From Nemertoderma westbladi (lineage: Eukaryota; Animalia; Xenacoelomorpha): a stretch of DNA of 64,000 bases. Below, piece by piece: positions 48,951 through 61,768 of this stretch. The stretch is taken from the NCBI GenBank assembly GCA_032718475.1, contig JAUCBJ010007130.1:35686-99685 (forward strand). The letters are read 5' to 3'. Position 1 is the stretch's first letter. Each line of letters starts with the position of its first letter. The position numbers were made by a program, and so were the translations under genes. A model generated the notes under the pieces. It saw nothing but the letters and a program-made list of their open reading frames with translations, was not told the DNA's origin and searched no databases.

Positions 48951-50594
48951 CAACGGCTGGAGTGGGTGTGTGACCATATTACTTTATATTTATATTTGTT
49001 TTATTTTTATATTTCTGTATGTATTATTGTGTAATTTTATTTTAATCGTTTTATTTAATTTTATTTAGTAACATGTTATTTTAGTGATCATTTAGTAGAT
49101 TAGTGCAATATATTAGTGTTTATTACGTACGTAATTACTTATAATATATATTTAGTGCGACGGCGAGAAATAATTATTTTTCTCTTTCCTTACTGTCCGT
49201 ATCATATTATAAATACGTGACTACAGTAAGATGAAATATCCGTACTTATTAAAGTACAATAAAGCCACTACTATATTCAAGTATTATTGGTAGGCAGAGT
49301 ATTAGGAATGCAAAGTTCAGATCCTCGTGTCTCGGCTAAACCAAGCTCTGGGTAGACCTTGGAAACGACTTGCCTCTTCACACTGACATTGCTTCGTGCG
49401 ATATTGCTCTCATACCGTATATTAAATAATACATATAGTAGCGTGATGTCCCTTTAACAGTAGCGTATAACGCAAAATAAATCTGTTAAACCCTTTGACC
49501 ATCTGTAATTCTAGTCGATTAAGATATCGCGGCACCCACCGATATACTTGAAAGACAAAATTCTAGAATCAATGGTTAACGTCCCCAGACAAGTTCTGGA
49601 ATAAACTGGTGCCCATCCTAAATATTAATTATTAATATTTACAAAAATCTGTAAAATTCAGATCCTTTAAAATTCTAGCCGATTAAGATATCGTAGCACT
49701 TACCGATACTCTTAAAAGGACAAAATTCCTAGAATCAAGGATCCCAGTCCCCAGACACGTTCTGGAATAAAATTGTGTCCATTTTAATATTAAATAATAA
49801 AATTTACGGGAATAAATTTAAATTCATATATTTCAATGAATTTAATAAATTGTCATTTTATACAATTTATAACATTCCCAAAATTCCATTAATTAATAGA
49901 TCATGGGAGCAGAGATTCACTCTATTAAGTGTATTTGTGTGCGAGAATCTCCAATGTATAGTCAATAGCCGATAAAATTCATAGAATCATGTATAAAGGG
50001 GATATTGACCATTAAAGAATTACTATTAAATAGCATCCCAGATCTGTATGCATGAGAATTACCCTAATTCTACCGCTAGCTTTCCATAATGTCACCATAG
50101 CAACAACCACGCTAGAATTAGAAGTGAGTTAAAAGAACAATAGAAAGCATACCCCATTGAATAGCATAGGGAATAAATAGCGCACTGCTAGTATCCAAGG
50201 ATACATAATAAATACAGTGACATTCTGGAAGGTACTGACTAACGGACAAATGGCCCGAATGTGTGCAGTTTGTTGCAGTTGTGTTGAATTTGTGCGTTTG
50301 TAGGTGAATGTTACTACTAAAGTGTGTTTACAGTAGCGAGTCGCAATCGTGAAAGTAACCCTAACTCTCCAAGAAGAACCTGCAGTACATCTAAGCCTTT
50401 GGGACGGACAGTGAAGTGACTTGTGCCGGTTATCGTTGTCGTTGTGTAGCTACATCGTTGGCGAAAGCACAGCGACGACGGTACATCGGCGCTGAGGATC
50501 TTACACTGTCCGGGGGCAAAAGAGGGGTAGGCAGCGACGCCCGCTAGCCTAATATATATAGACTCATTATAATATTGATAAACTCATAGCAGAT

Positions 50595-53500
50595 ATGACT
50601 GAGTTGATAGAAGATGATCTTGGCATCAGGGAGCGATATACTCTACCTTTACAAGCGTTTGTCGATAGCTTGATACGCGGCGACGCTGGTCCAACTACTA
50701 CGGAGGATGATGGTCGTTATATCGAACCGTCGATCTCCCCGGAGCAACTTACGCGTGAATTGGACTATAGAAAGTTCACCGCTCGCTATACGCATCGTAA
50801 TGGTACGTATATGGACTTCTTAACTACCGGCCACCCTATCAATTTACACGATACGGACGATGTGGATACCGAAAGGGAAATGGTTTTATTTCAATATCAT
50901 ACCCAACGGAATCGGAACGATAAGCCAAGAATAGAACACGAGAACTCTATTCGAAACCGACTCGAAAGAGAAGACGTTGAAGAACCGGATAAACGCAACG
51001 ACTTCAACGATTATCTGGAATTTTTGAGAGAAACATACCTCAATATCGCCAGTCAACAAAATCTCGAAACTCGATATCCTCAAGGTATACATCATGATCC
51101 TATGATAGAACTCAAACGACTCTATTTCACTATGATGTATCTTACCGCCGATCGACCGCTACCTGTTGTCCCAGATAGCTTCGAACAGATGGAGGAATAT
51201 TGTAAAACTGGAGAACGATCACCCGCGTTTCCTCTGCAGGACATGCGTCTTTGGTATTACTGTGACGAATGCCCTAGACCCAATCAGCAAATGGAAAGAC
51301 ATAAACATCCGCGGAGACGTTGCGCTAAACACAGTTTTACACGATATACTTACGGGAGTTTCGAGCAAAACCTGTTCGACGTGTCCCCTGCGGTCGCTCG
51401 ACTCAAGCGATCCTTGAACAAACCGATGATCAGAGTTCCGGAATACTCGGTCAGACCTCCGCATTCCTCAGTTAGACCTCAAACTCTTGACCCTAATAGT
51501 ATCACGGATCCTCCCGAACTGTACTCACTGTTCAAAGATCTAGTGTTACCCGAACAGTTGATCGGTGGCACTCCGGTAATAGGCTCACAAGACATTCGCC
51601 AACCCTATCTAGCTGGATTGGGACGTGGTCATCTAATATCGCCGTTTAACCCATACAACCGTCCCGGCTTCACCTCTATCCAACCCGTTACGGAAGTCGA
51701 AGAGAGCGTCGTACGAAACGCATTAGACGCTATTTGGCAGAAAATCGGAAAGGGAACGTACGATTGTTTGGAGAAGCGTAAATTGCAGCAACAAGTCCAA
51801 GCTGTGAAGGAATTAGCTTTACCCCAGTTCGATAGAGAAATACAAAATCTCGAGGAGGACATCGAACGTGGACGAACCTACTCTTTACAAGAGTTTCTAG
51901 ATGAGCGTCTACAACAACAAGCGGAGGAGAATCAGCTCGAGGAGAGACATATAGAACTGGATGAGAGAGAAGAAGCGGCTTTAGCTCAACCAGAAGCGCA
52001 AATCCTTATGACGGATCTCTACTCTAAAACCATTCTTCATCCCTCGATGGTTCCCCATTTTGGAGACAAACTTTTTGCGACGGCACAACCCCAACCGGTT
52101 GATATCAACCTAAGATCTCGCGATCTTATCGCCGACGCTCCTCTGTTGCAGCGTCCGCCCATCGAACCCGCTCGTGTCGATGGTATACTCGTTGAACCTC
52201 CGGACAATAGAGCAGATCTTGTCCGTCGCATGGTACACGATGTAAACATACGCGCTAGACCTTTACCGGACTCGTTTTATGGGATCAAAGATCACCCTTA
52301 TTACGTCAATCTAAAACAATATTACATGGTAAAACCGGAAGATCCTACACATAGTCTGAAGTTTCTACCGTTAATAAATCCTCTCGATCTTGTCGAACTC
52401 GAACAACTGCAGAAACATCTGGATCAGTTAGTTAAAGTAAACTCGTTTCGAAAACCATATAATGTTTCCAGAATAGAGAAAGAAACAATACCTCCATATA
52501 ATCTTGATGGATTCATCAAAACTCGTTTAGTGCACTGGAATCTTGATGTGTTATTCGAGGAGGAAAGAATACAACGATATGGAGATGTGGAAACATATAC
52601 CACACAATATTTAAAGTATAAAGACCTGCCTAATGCTAGCGAATGTGCTACCTTATGGCATCCTGTGGGAATGACACTCGAAAACGCCACTAAAGAGTGG
52701 AACGAAACTCTTAACGTTATCGAGATGTATGGAGTTGTCACTTACGATAACGAAGGTAGCGTTCCGGTTGGAGAACTTGGAACTACGCGGATGATACACA
52801 TACGAGGACTCGCTGGTTCTACCCACGTATTTACTCGAGCGTGTTCCGACGTTATTGATTATTCTTTTGAAACTCTTACTGAGATACAAAAGAAACTCCG
52901 ACATGGACAATTTGAACTCGCGCAGCGTTACGTCACCGACACCGAGCGCAAGCCGGCTATGGGTCGATGTTCGATGGATCGATGTTACCCCAACCCGTGC
53001 TCGAGATGCTGTTTAACGAAGGAATCCTTAAAATCGGCTCAGCTGTTTATGGAGACCTACAGAACGACTTTTGGAATATGGAGAACATTCCATACCCCTT
53101 CGTTGATACTCAGCTGATTGCTCCTTGGGCAGAAGGCCGAGGTTTCTTCCGCACTACGTATGCCAATACACCCAGCGGAATTACCAAAGTACAACGAACC
53201 TCCATCGGACATCTTGCCTTTCAAGAATACGGATGGAATTTCAAGGTTGGAAATCCTATAAATTACCAACAAGTATACGGAGATCATTATTCTCGTTTAT
53301 ACTTTGATGGACCATTGACCGCACCTGGCGCCGTGTATAGCTTTATGAGTGTTCCACTTCGTCCCTCCTTAGCTATATACACGATCTTTGAAAACGCAGC
53401 ACTTGCCGGTTGGCTAGCCGATGTGTGCAGTCGTACCATACGCGCCCATCCTTTAATACTTGGAACCAAACTCGCCAAGTTAGATGAACACAATAAATTC

Positions 53501-54853
53501 ATCCGCTTTGAATGTTTCAGGCGCTTTCTGACTCCGTTCCGTAACGTGGATAGTCAGTTCAAGGACCGCGCTCTGACCAAACTCAGCCTGAGAGACTCAG
53601 CGGCGGAGAAGCTAAACAGCGCGGGATTTGCCCTTTTTCAGAACGTTTGTATACAGAACTTGCACTCATCTGTTATACAAAGACCCCGAATACCCGCGGG
53701 TTATTCTGTCGTCGGAGTTCAGACAGTGGGTCCGCTTGCAGAGACAGCCGCACCTAACTCAACTATGCAATTGGAAGACGAACCAATATGCTTAGAAGCT
53801 GAAGCGATTCAGCCTATAGCGCCCCGGAGCAGCGATAACGACTACGTCTTAGAGTGGTATCAAGGTTCACAATGTCTCACCGCATACGATTATCGACACG
53901 CTAGCTATGTTTCTCGAAAACGTTGTCGATTATGCGCATCGAGAGACCATTTCACTCCTATGGACTCAGACGTACCCTGCTCCTATTTCCACGATCAACC
54001 AATGATGGAGATATATTGTGCGTATTGCAGACTTAATAACTCTCATATTTTTGCAGTCTGCCCCCAATTTATGACTCAATGCCACCACTGTCAACTTAAA
54101 GGACATGCCAGTTATAATTGCCCCTTTAATCACGATTTAGAGAGCGTAGATGAAATGATTACCCTGCGCTACATTCGAGCTTGGGAAGCGAACGCGGATT
54201 TACATTGTGAGTCCCGTCATCGATACTACCCTGGACGCTCTTACGAGGGAGTTTACGCGTTCCATCCTTATTTATTAGCGTCTGTGGAACAAAAAACACG
54301 CGTACCGAGTTACGAGCTAATGAAGCGTGTTGGTGAGTGTATTTCCACTAAATTTGTTAGAAGATACCTTAGGAACGTCAATCCTAACGATATTACTTCA
54401 TACCATTTAATCAATTATATCCGTCAAGACCCTGAGTATGGCGATTTATTTATCAACTCGCACCCTGAGTTACAGGAAGTATCTCGACGGCCCTACGAAT
54501 ATCGAGCCCGAGAACGCGAGCTGGAAAGAACTATTAAACCAAGGAAGTTTCTTATCACCCACGGTCCGCCTACCGCCATTGCCCAGACGACCCGTCAAGG
54601 ACCCGTAGGAGCTGCTGTCCTGAGGCGCGCCCTAAAGGCTGTTAGACCTCGCTCCACGGAAGTTGATATCGATCAACCAGGTACCTCGACCGGCGGATAT
54701 ACCGATCGCAATCCGAAACCTTCTGATGCAATTGTATTGCACCCTTCACCCAGGAGTTACAGCCCTCCTAGTAAAGTGGCTCGCCCCAAAGAGAAAAGGA
54801 CTCTTACTAGCCTCAAAAAACTGCGTAAACGCCGTCCGCGTAAGAAAGACTAA
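50595..54853 (+). CDS. Accessory ORF2 of A (about 1419 aa, one frameshift near 52830-52970): unknown N-terminal region, DEDDy 3'-5' exonuclease, triple CCHC knuckle, NLS-like tail
   Basis: ExoI VTYDNEG; LPQPVLEMLFNEGILKIGSAVYGD; FVDTQ; ExoIII-like AIYTIFEN; CRLCASRDH..C, CAYCRLNNSHIFAVC, CHHCQLKGHASYNC; KKLRKRRPRKKD end; lies between integrase and PPT. Confidence 0.8.
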
Positions 54854-54931
54854 CTGTTTAGAGTATTTTTATATTTTAGAAACTGTGATTTGTTATATTT
54901 TATAGACTTAAATCCCATTTTCTGGGAGCGG

Positions 54932-55560
54932 TGTAAAAGCTTTTGCGTCATTAACCGGTTATTTTCCCTTAAAGTACTCTGTAGTTGGTTTGCCAGGCAT
55001 AAAAAGGCCGTCCTTGCTGTACTGGTGTTTTAGAGGACATAAAAGTCATTTCTTCTGTATTTGTACTGTATTTGTACTTTAGAGGACATAATCCGCAATC
55101 TCGTGACGCGATAAGCTGGATACTCTTGAAAACAGTGTCGCTACCATGACGACGGCTAACAGCTGATATTGCCACGTCAACGTTTCTTTGTTTCTTTGTT
55201 CTCTCGTTGTTCAGGTTGACCAATCAGAGCGTTTGTTGTCTCTGTGTTGGAGGTGTATACAGAACTCAGTAGTTCAGTGTTATGTTTTTTGCCCAGAGCC
55301 TAAGAACACCGGCTTTTGGCACCTCCGTGTTTCAGTCTTTAGTCTTACATTAGTAGGCTTAATTATAGAACGTATATCTGTTATCAAACTAGTTACTGAG
55401 TTAGTCACTCACTTAATAATCATTTATACCTTAACTTTACTGCTTTTACTGTCGGTTATTCATTATATTGGTTGATGAAATATTATATCGGAATACTGAT
55501 CAATAGTCAGACACCCCAACTTCTTGATATACTAAAGGTTAGAGAGACCGGTTACAGATA
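54932..55560 (+). repeat. True 3' LTR of A, first 629 bp only
   Basis: Preceded by PPT-like TCTGGGAGCGG; matches 3441-4068; ends in (ACAGATA)x5 junction. Confidence 0.92.
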
Positions 55561-55585
55561 ACAGATAACAGATAACAGATAACAG

Positions 55586-58538
55586 ATACAGTGGGTTACC
55601 CACAAATATTGTACATTGTTATTTAAAATAGGAATTTCATCATCCAATTTTGTAAAACACTCGAGGAAACTTATTTACATCTTTTCTGGGAGTGTGAAAC
55701 TGTGACAAAATTAATTAATTGATGAATTTAAATTGTGCTGGTTAAAATCACAAAACAGTCATTCATTCTCACAAAGCTTTCAATGTTGTTTGGGTACCAC
55801 ACAAAAGTGCCGTCAATCGTTAATTGCGTCCTATACAGTTACTAAGATACTATATATTTACTGCGAAAAATTCCAACATACTCAGTCTCTACAAATATCT
55901 GTTTTTCTACAGTTCTTTCTGCAGTTCAGGAATCAAAACTTTGCATTTTTGAGGAAAAATGGATTAATTTTTAAGATAAAATGTGGGATTCCGAGTCCTA
56001 ATAATAGTGCATTTTAATATAATATGGTGATCTACTTTTGTCATTATGTTATCTTACCTGCGCTACTTAAGCATCTAATACTGTGTAGCTAATAATAACC
56101 TATGATGTAGGGGCTTACTATAGGAAACCAGGTTTTTTATCATATCAATAAGGCGCTGCTGTAGGTTAACTGTATTTAATCACACTACTCTAGTAATACA
56201 CCATGACCCGTAATATAGTGTCATTTTCTGATGACACGGACATCCCCCCGCCCCCCCCCCCCCCAAATTTTTCTACACATCTTTATCATATTGCTTGAAA
56301 TTTGAAACACAACTACAGTAGTTCAACTCACTCAACTCACAAACTTCTGGTTGTTACCATGAAGCCGGAATTTTCGATTTCGCCTTTAAATTTTTTTATA
56401 AGCGTTTTAAAAAAGTGTCTTTTACGAAATTGCACATCTCCTATCAACGCCATTCTTCACATTAAACTCGCTTCATAGATATTATTAAAAACCAAATATG
56501 TAACAAGTAACAATATCTGAATTTCGTTGAGAAACAGCTGAGAAATAGGCGTTCAAAGATTGCAAAAATTATCGTTCGCTGCAAGACATTTATTCTATTT
56601 AATAAGTACACGATGTTCTGGAACAATTTGTTTATGTATGATTAGCTACGCAATATAGATATTGTATAGGCATACGACCATGGCCTACTATATATACGGC
56701 CTAACATGTTATCGATTTGTCTTAAAAAAGAGGCCAGTTTTTTTTACACTATTTTAATATTTTGATATGGGGAGAGTTCTATAAATTGTCATTTGCTGCA
56801 ATTTGGTCAACGGACGTAATTGAAGTATCTTCATTAAGCAAGATACTAAATTGTATGGTAGCTAGTGTTTTAGATAGGTTTAGCTAGTAATTTCAACACT
56901 GGTTCCGACATCCTACTTCCCTCTATAAATTTTTTGTAGTAGCTAGTTCTTGTTACTATTTGTATAGACAATGTTCCAGAACATGTTCGCTATTCATTTT
57001 AAGAACAAATCACGTTCTAGAACGAATCTTTTTTGTTCTAGAACATTTTTTAGAAAAAAATCTAGATTGTATTTAAAACGCATGGAATCGTTCTAAAACG
57101 TGTTTAAAATCAATAAAAAAAAATTTCAAAATTTTTTTTTCAAAAAATTTTATTCACAATATTTTTTTTTTATTTTTTTGAGGATTTTAAACACGTTTTA
57201 GAACGATTCCAAGCGTTTTAAATAGAATCCAGATTTTTTTTAAATGTTCTAGAACGTAGGATGTCGTATGAACTTTCTAGAACGTAGAATGTAGGATGTC
57301 GGAACCAGTGTTGAAATTACTAACTAAACCTATCTAAAACACTAGCTACCATAAAATGTAGTATCTTGCTTAACGAAGAGACTCTCCCCATATCAAAATA
57401 GTGTAAAAAAAACTGGCCTCTTTTATTAAGGCCAAATCGATAACATGTTAGGCCGTATATATAGTAGGCCATGATGCGACTGTTGCCAACCAACTCATAA
57501 AATAAATAACACGTTCTAGAATTTTGTGTATTTATTAGATAGAATAAATGGGATGCAGCGATCAATAATTCTTGCAATCTTTGAACGCCTATTTCTCAGC
57601 TGTTTCTCAACGAAATTCAGATATTGTTACATATTTGGAATACTAGAACGCAAGCTTTTTAATAATATCTATAAAGCGAGGTTAATATGAAGAATGGCGA
57701 TGATAGGTGATGTGCAATTTCGCAAAGACACTTTTTTAAAACGCTTATAAAAAAATGTAAAGGCAAAATCGAAAGTTCCGGCTTCATGTTAACAACCACG
57801 GTGGGTGGAACTACTGTAGTTGTGTTTCAAATTTCAAGCAATATGATAAAGATGTGTAGAAAAATTTGGGGGGGGGGGGGGGGGGGGGTGTCCGCGTCAT
57901 CAGAAAACGACACTATATTACGGGTCATGGTGTAATTACATTTTTTTTATGGGAGGTTATTATCTAGAATTCTAGAAGGTAAAATATTGAAAAAAGTCGT
58001 ACCGGTACAAAAAGACTCGTATATGGTGATAAGATTACGTCACCACGCATAGATACTGTACTAGGCTATCCATTAACTAATTAACTATCTATTTCGTATT
58101 ACTTTTTGTGTAATTGCTTGTTGTGTAAAAGTTATATCTGTCGATGCGAATTTGAATTTAATTGGTGCAGCTCTGATAAATATTTATGGATTGAAAAAAA
58201 AAACTATTTCAAACATATTCACACAGTTTCTATACCGGAAGCAATATTTTTTATCCGATAACAAAGTCTAAGGTGGTCGGTCTCCGCGGGCTTTCAGGCG
58301 ACACCGACCAAGATGTCATCTTTATATTCATATGGAGTTAATATTCATATGCGCCACTGCGTATCAAAAAGTGAAAAGGGGATGGGGCAGGGACAGGTTG
58401 ATTTTCGTTTAAAGGGTCTAGGGCTAGGCTGGACCAGGGTACATCTCAGCCATGCATCCTTAAATGGTCGCTTTATATGAGTACTTTCTCTTAGAATGTA
58501 GAAGCACGAGGGACGACACTCGAAATAAAGACTCTACT
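55586..58538 (+). repeat. Duplicate of A's upstream flank (1227-3440)
   Basis: Same ORFs recur (1374/55733, 3366/58464); includes LINE remnant, foldback element and left CTACT. Confidence 0.93.
56199..57932. mobile_element. Full-length foldback DNA transposon (1.73 kb, nearly fully palindromic, TA TSD; Tc1/mariner-like non-autonomous)
   Basis: Inverted arms extend to a short AT-rich centre near 57110-57185; TA on both sides; no transposase ORF. Confidence 0.85.
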
Positions 58539-59705
58539 TGTAAAAGCTTTTGCGTCATTAACCGGTTATTTTCCCTTAAAGTACTCTGTAGTTGGTTTGC
58601 CAGGCATAAAAAGGCCGTGTCCTTGCTGTACTGGTGTTTTGGAGGACATAAAAATCATTTCTTCTGTATTTGTACTGTATTTGTACTTTAGAGGACATAA
58701 TCCGCAATCTCGTGACGCGATAAGCTGGATACTCTTGAAAACAGTGTCGCTACCATGACGACGGCTAACAGCTGATATTGCCACGTCAACGTTTCTTTGT
58801 TTCTTTGTTCTCTCGTTGTTCGGTTGACCAATCAGAGCGTTTTTGTCTCTGTGTTGGAGGTGTATACAGAACTCAGTAGTTCAGTGTTATGTTTTTTGCC
58901 CAGAGCCTAAGAACACCGGCTTTTGGCACCTCCGTGTTTCAGTCTTTAGTCTTACATTAGTAGGCTTAATTATAGAACGTATATCTGTTATCAAACTAGT
59001 TACTGAGTTAGTCACTCACTTAATAATCATTTATACCTTAACTTTACTGCTTTTACTGTCGGTTATTCATTATATTGGTTGATGAAATATTATATCGGAA
59101 TACTGATCAATAGTCAGACACCCCAACTTCTTGATATACTAAAGGTTAGAGAGACCGGTTACAGATAAACGATTGCGACCTATGTTAAGTGGTTTGCAGT
59201 GAATCTAATGCTATTTCATATGCCCAACATAAATTGTCTGTTGCTCTCTTTATACGTGACCAAATTTAGTGAAGGTCGGCAGATTAGTGTGCAGTATTGT
59301 GCAGCATTGTGTATGAGTGTAACTGATAACAAAGCATCTCCTAAAGAATGCGCCATATACGTGAATCTATAGCCTTTTCGTTGTGTCTAGTTTAAGTCAT
59401 AATTCTGTTTACATATTTAGAGCGCCACGTCCTAAAGGAACTGTTAATATTTCCCGAAAGTGAATAATATTTGTCAGAGATTATATATTACGATCAGTCG
59501 AATAATACAGTAGGCTTACACCATCAATCATTAAGCTCCGAACTCAGTCTCCCGGGTATATCCAACGGGTGAATGATTGCGCATAGACTGGCTTCGGCTA
59601 ATGTAGTGTATCAAATACTCGTCATAGGCTAAAGACTATCTATCATCCAAAAGACATTCTAAGTTTGGCAGGTTAAACTGTCAAAGGTCTTCAAAAGCGC
59701 AAACA
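58539..59705 (+). repeat. Complete A-type LTR flanked on both sides by CTACT
   Basis: 1167 bp, about two differences from 3441-4607. Confidence 0.95.
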
Positions 59706-60542
59706 CTACTTTACCACTACTATTTACTTAGGCTATTATAGTAAAGGGTTTTTTAAATATCTTCAATTTAATCGATTTTTACTCAGCTTTCTTGTTTTTA
59801 CTCTAATTTTGACTCAATTTTATTTTTTAAATGCTAATTAAATATAATTAAACAAAAGTTTTAAAATTATAAATATATTATCTCATTTGTCACAACATCA
59901 ATTTTACTTAAAGTTCAAGTTTGTCATACTGTATAAAGTTTCATTTTAAGATATCTTTTAAGCTTCAATCTAATTAGTTATATTTTAATTACTGTTCTGT
60001 AAATAATTTTCAGTGGTTTTACGATTTATTTTATGCTACATACACATTACATTTAAGTGGGTATGTAGTAATAGTATTTACCTAGGCCTACTGTATATAT
60101 AAGCCTCTACTTACTTACATGATATCATCATTAATTAAGAGTTTGGTAGTAGGTAATAGGTACTTCTGTTTGGGAATTTAAACTTTCAGTTCAATTGTTT
60201 TAGCGGTTATTTTACTATATATATCCTGTTTCTAATGAGCATAATCGTCTAATAATATACTGGTATTTTTATGTAGGCCTATATTGTTATTGTTTATACT
60301 TGTTACCTAGGCTACGTCAGCTGGTGGTGGGACAATGTTTGTTTTTATATATTATATATATTGATATTAAAATGTTTCTAATGAGCGCTGTTGTATAGAT
60401 AGTAGGCCTACTTACAGACTCACTTACAGTTTAAATATTTTAACGATTATAGATCCTTTTTGTACGGGCACGGTACCGGTACAATATTGGTTCTACTTTC
60501 TTTATCCTAATATTAAGCATTAAACGGATTACCCGGTACCGG

Positions 60543-61480
60543 TGTAACAGGAAAATATGCCCCCCCGGGAAATGTGCCCGGGGGGCATATTTTCCTAGGA
60601 AAAAATGCCCCCCCGGGCAAATTTCCCTAGGAAAAAATGCCCCCCCTTAGGAAATTATGCCCCCCCCTGAATTATACAATAAACAAAACTTATTACTACT
60701 AAAACTTACAAAAATTATACAAAACAATAAACAGTCACTTTACCAAATGAAGGAAAGGTGAAAGGAGCAGGTTACAGAGGCAGGCCTTTCTAACCAAAAC
60801 AATAAACGATCATTTAACTAATTGAGGGAAAGGAGCAGGCTGGCAGGTTACAGAGGCGGGATTTTCTAACCAAAACAATAAACAGTCACTTTAGCAAATC
60901 AGGGAAGGAGTAGGTTACAGAGACGGGATTTTCTAACCAAAACAATAAACAATAACATTACCAATTGAGAGAAAGGAGCAGGTTACAGAGGCGGGATTTT
61001 CTAACCAAAACAATAAACAATCACTTTACCAAATCAGGGAAAGGAGCAGGTTACAGACTTAAAAAAGCTTGGAGCTGCTCGGCGCCCACACAACACCACA
61101 CACTCGCACTGCTGTTATACCAGTACTTACTACAGTAGCCTACTGACTTAGATACTTCAGTATGCTGTTCTACATCCCTTACTGCCTTACCTGCTTACCT
61201 ACCGGCAGACCGGTACCGTCTGACCGTACTATCAGACTATTCTTGCAACTATTACAAGTTCTGCAGTTGGTAGATTAAAAGTGGCTACCAGCAGACCGGT
61301 ATCGTACCAGTTTTCAGACTTTTGAGGGGGGCAAATTTTCCTGAGGGGAGGCATTATTTCCTAAGGAGAAAATGCCCCCCGGGCTAAATTTCCTAGGAAA
61401 AATTGCCCGGGGGGACATAATATCCTAGGAAATAATGCCCCGGGGGGCATATTCTAGGGGGGGCTGATTTCCTTGTGACA
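60543..61480. mobile_element. Ginger1-like MITE
   Basis: TGT...ACA termini with imperfect TIRs (TGTAACAGGAAAATATGCCCCCCC / GGGGGGGCTGATTTCCTTGTGACA); CCGG on both sides, the known Ginger1 target preference; subterminal GCCCCCCGGG/CCTAGG repeats; internal array of about 62-bp units at 60720-61057. Confidence 0.7.
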
Positions 61481-61768
61481 CCGGTCTGCCGGTAGCGGTA
61501 CTTCTCCATGGCATGAGTCAGCAAGTTGATGATTCCGGTTGAATAGGCCTGTTCTGTTTTTGTCGACTTCTGTTGAGATGCAGAGCTGAGCTATCAGCTA
61601 TAGCAACATAGGCCCACTGTAGCCATAAACTGCCATAGCAGCATAGGCCTATCAGCATTATAACTAAAACGTATCGCCAATCTGCCTTTCAATTCAACCA
61701 TCCATCTACAGATCTACATTTGTATTTCGGTAGGCCTATGGAATATGGCAGTAAGGTAGTACAGTAAT

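Larger units (their letters stand above)
3441..59705 (+). mobile_element. Bel/Pao LTR retrotransposon A (outer element, disrupted by nested insertions and duplications)
   Basis: TG...CA 1167-bp LTRs; CTACT at 3436-3440 and 59706-59710; PR-RT-RH-IN order with Bel/Pao-type Gag; PPT before the LTR starting at 54932. Confidence 0.93.

Noticed and set aside
52830-52980. Programmed frameshift in ORF2
   Set aside because: It splits the exonuclease domain between ExoI and ExoII, no clear slippery heptamer is seen, and the C homolog is continuous; likely a disabling indel
50595-53117. Envelope (env) gene
   Set aside because: No evident signal peptide, transmembrane helix or fusion-protein cysteine pattern; nuclease and knuckle motifs are present instead
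58539-59705. Independent solo-LTR insertion
   Set aside because: Its left flank is a duplicate of A's left flank and it shares A's TSD, so it derives from the same insertion event
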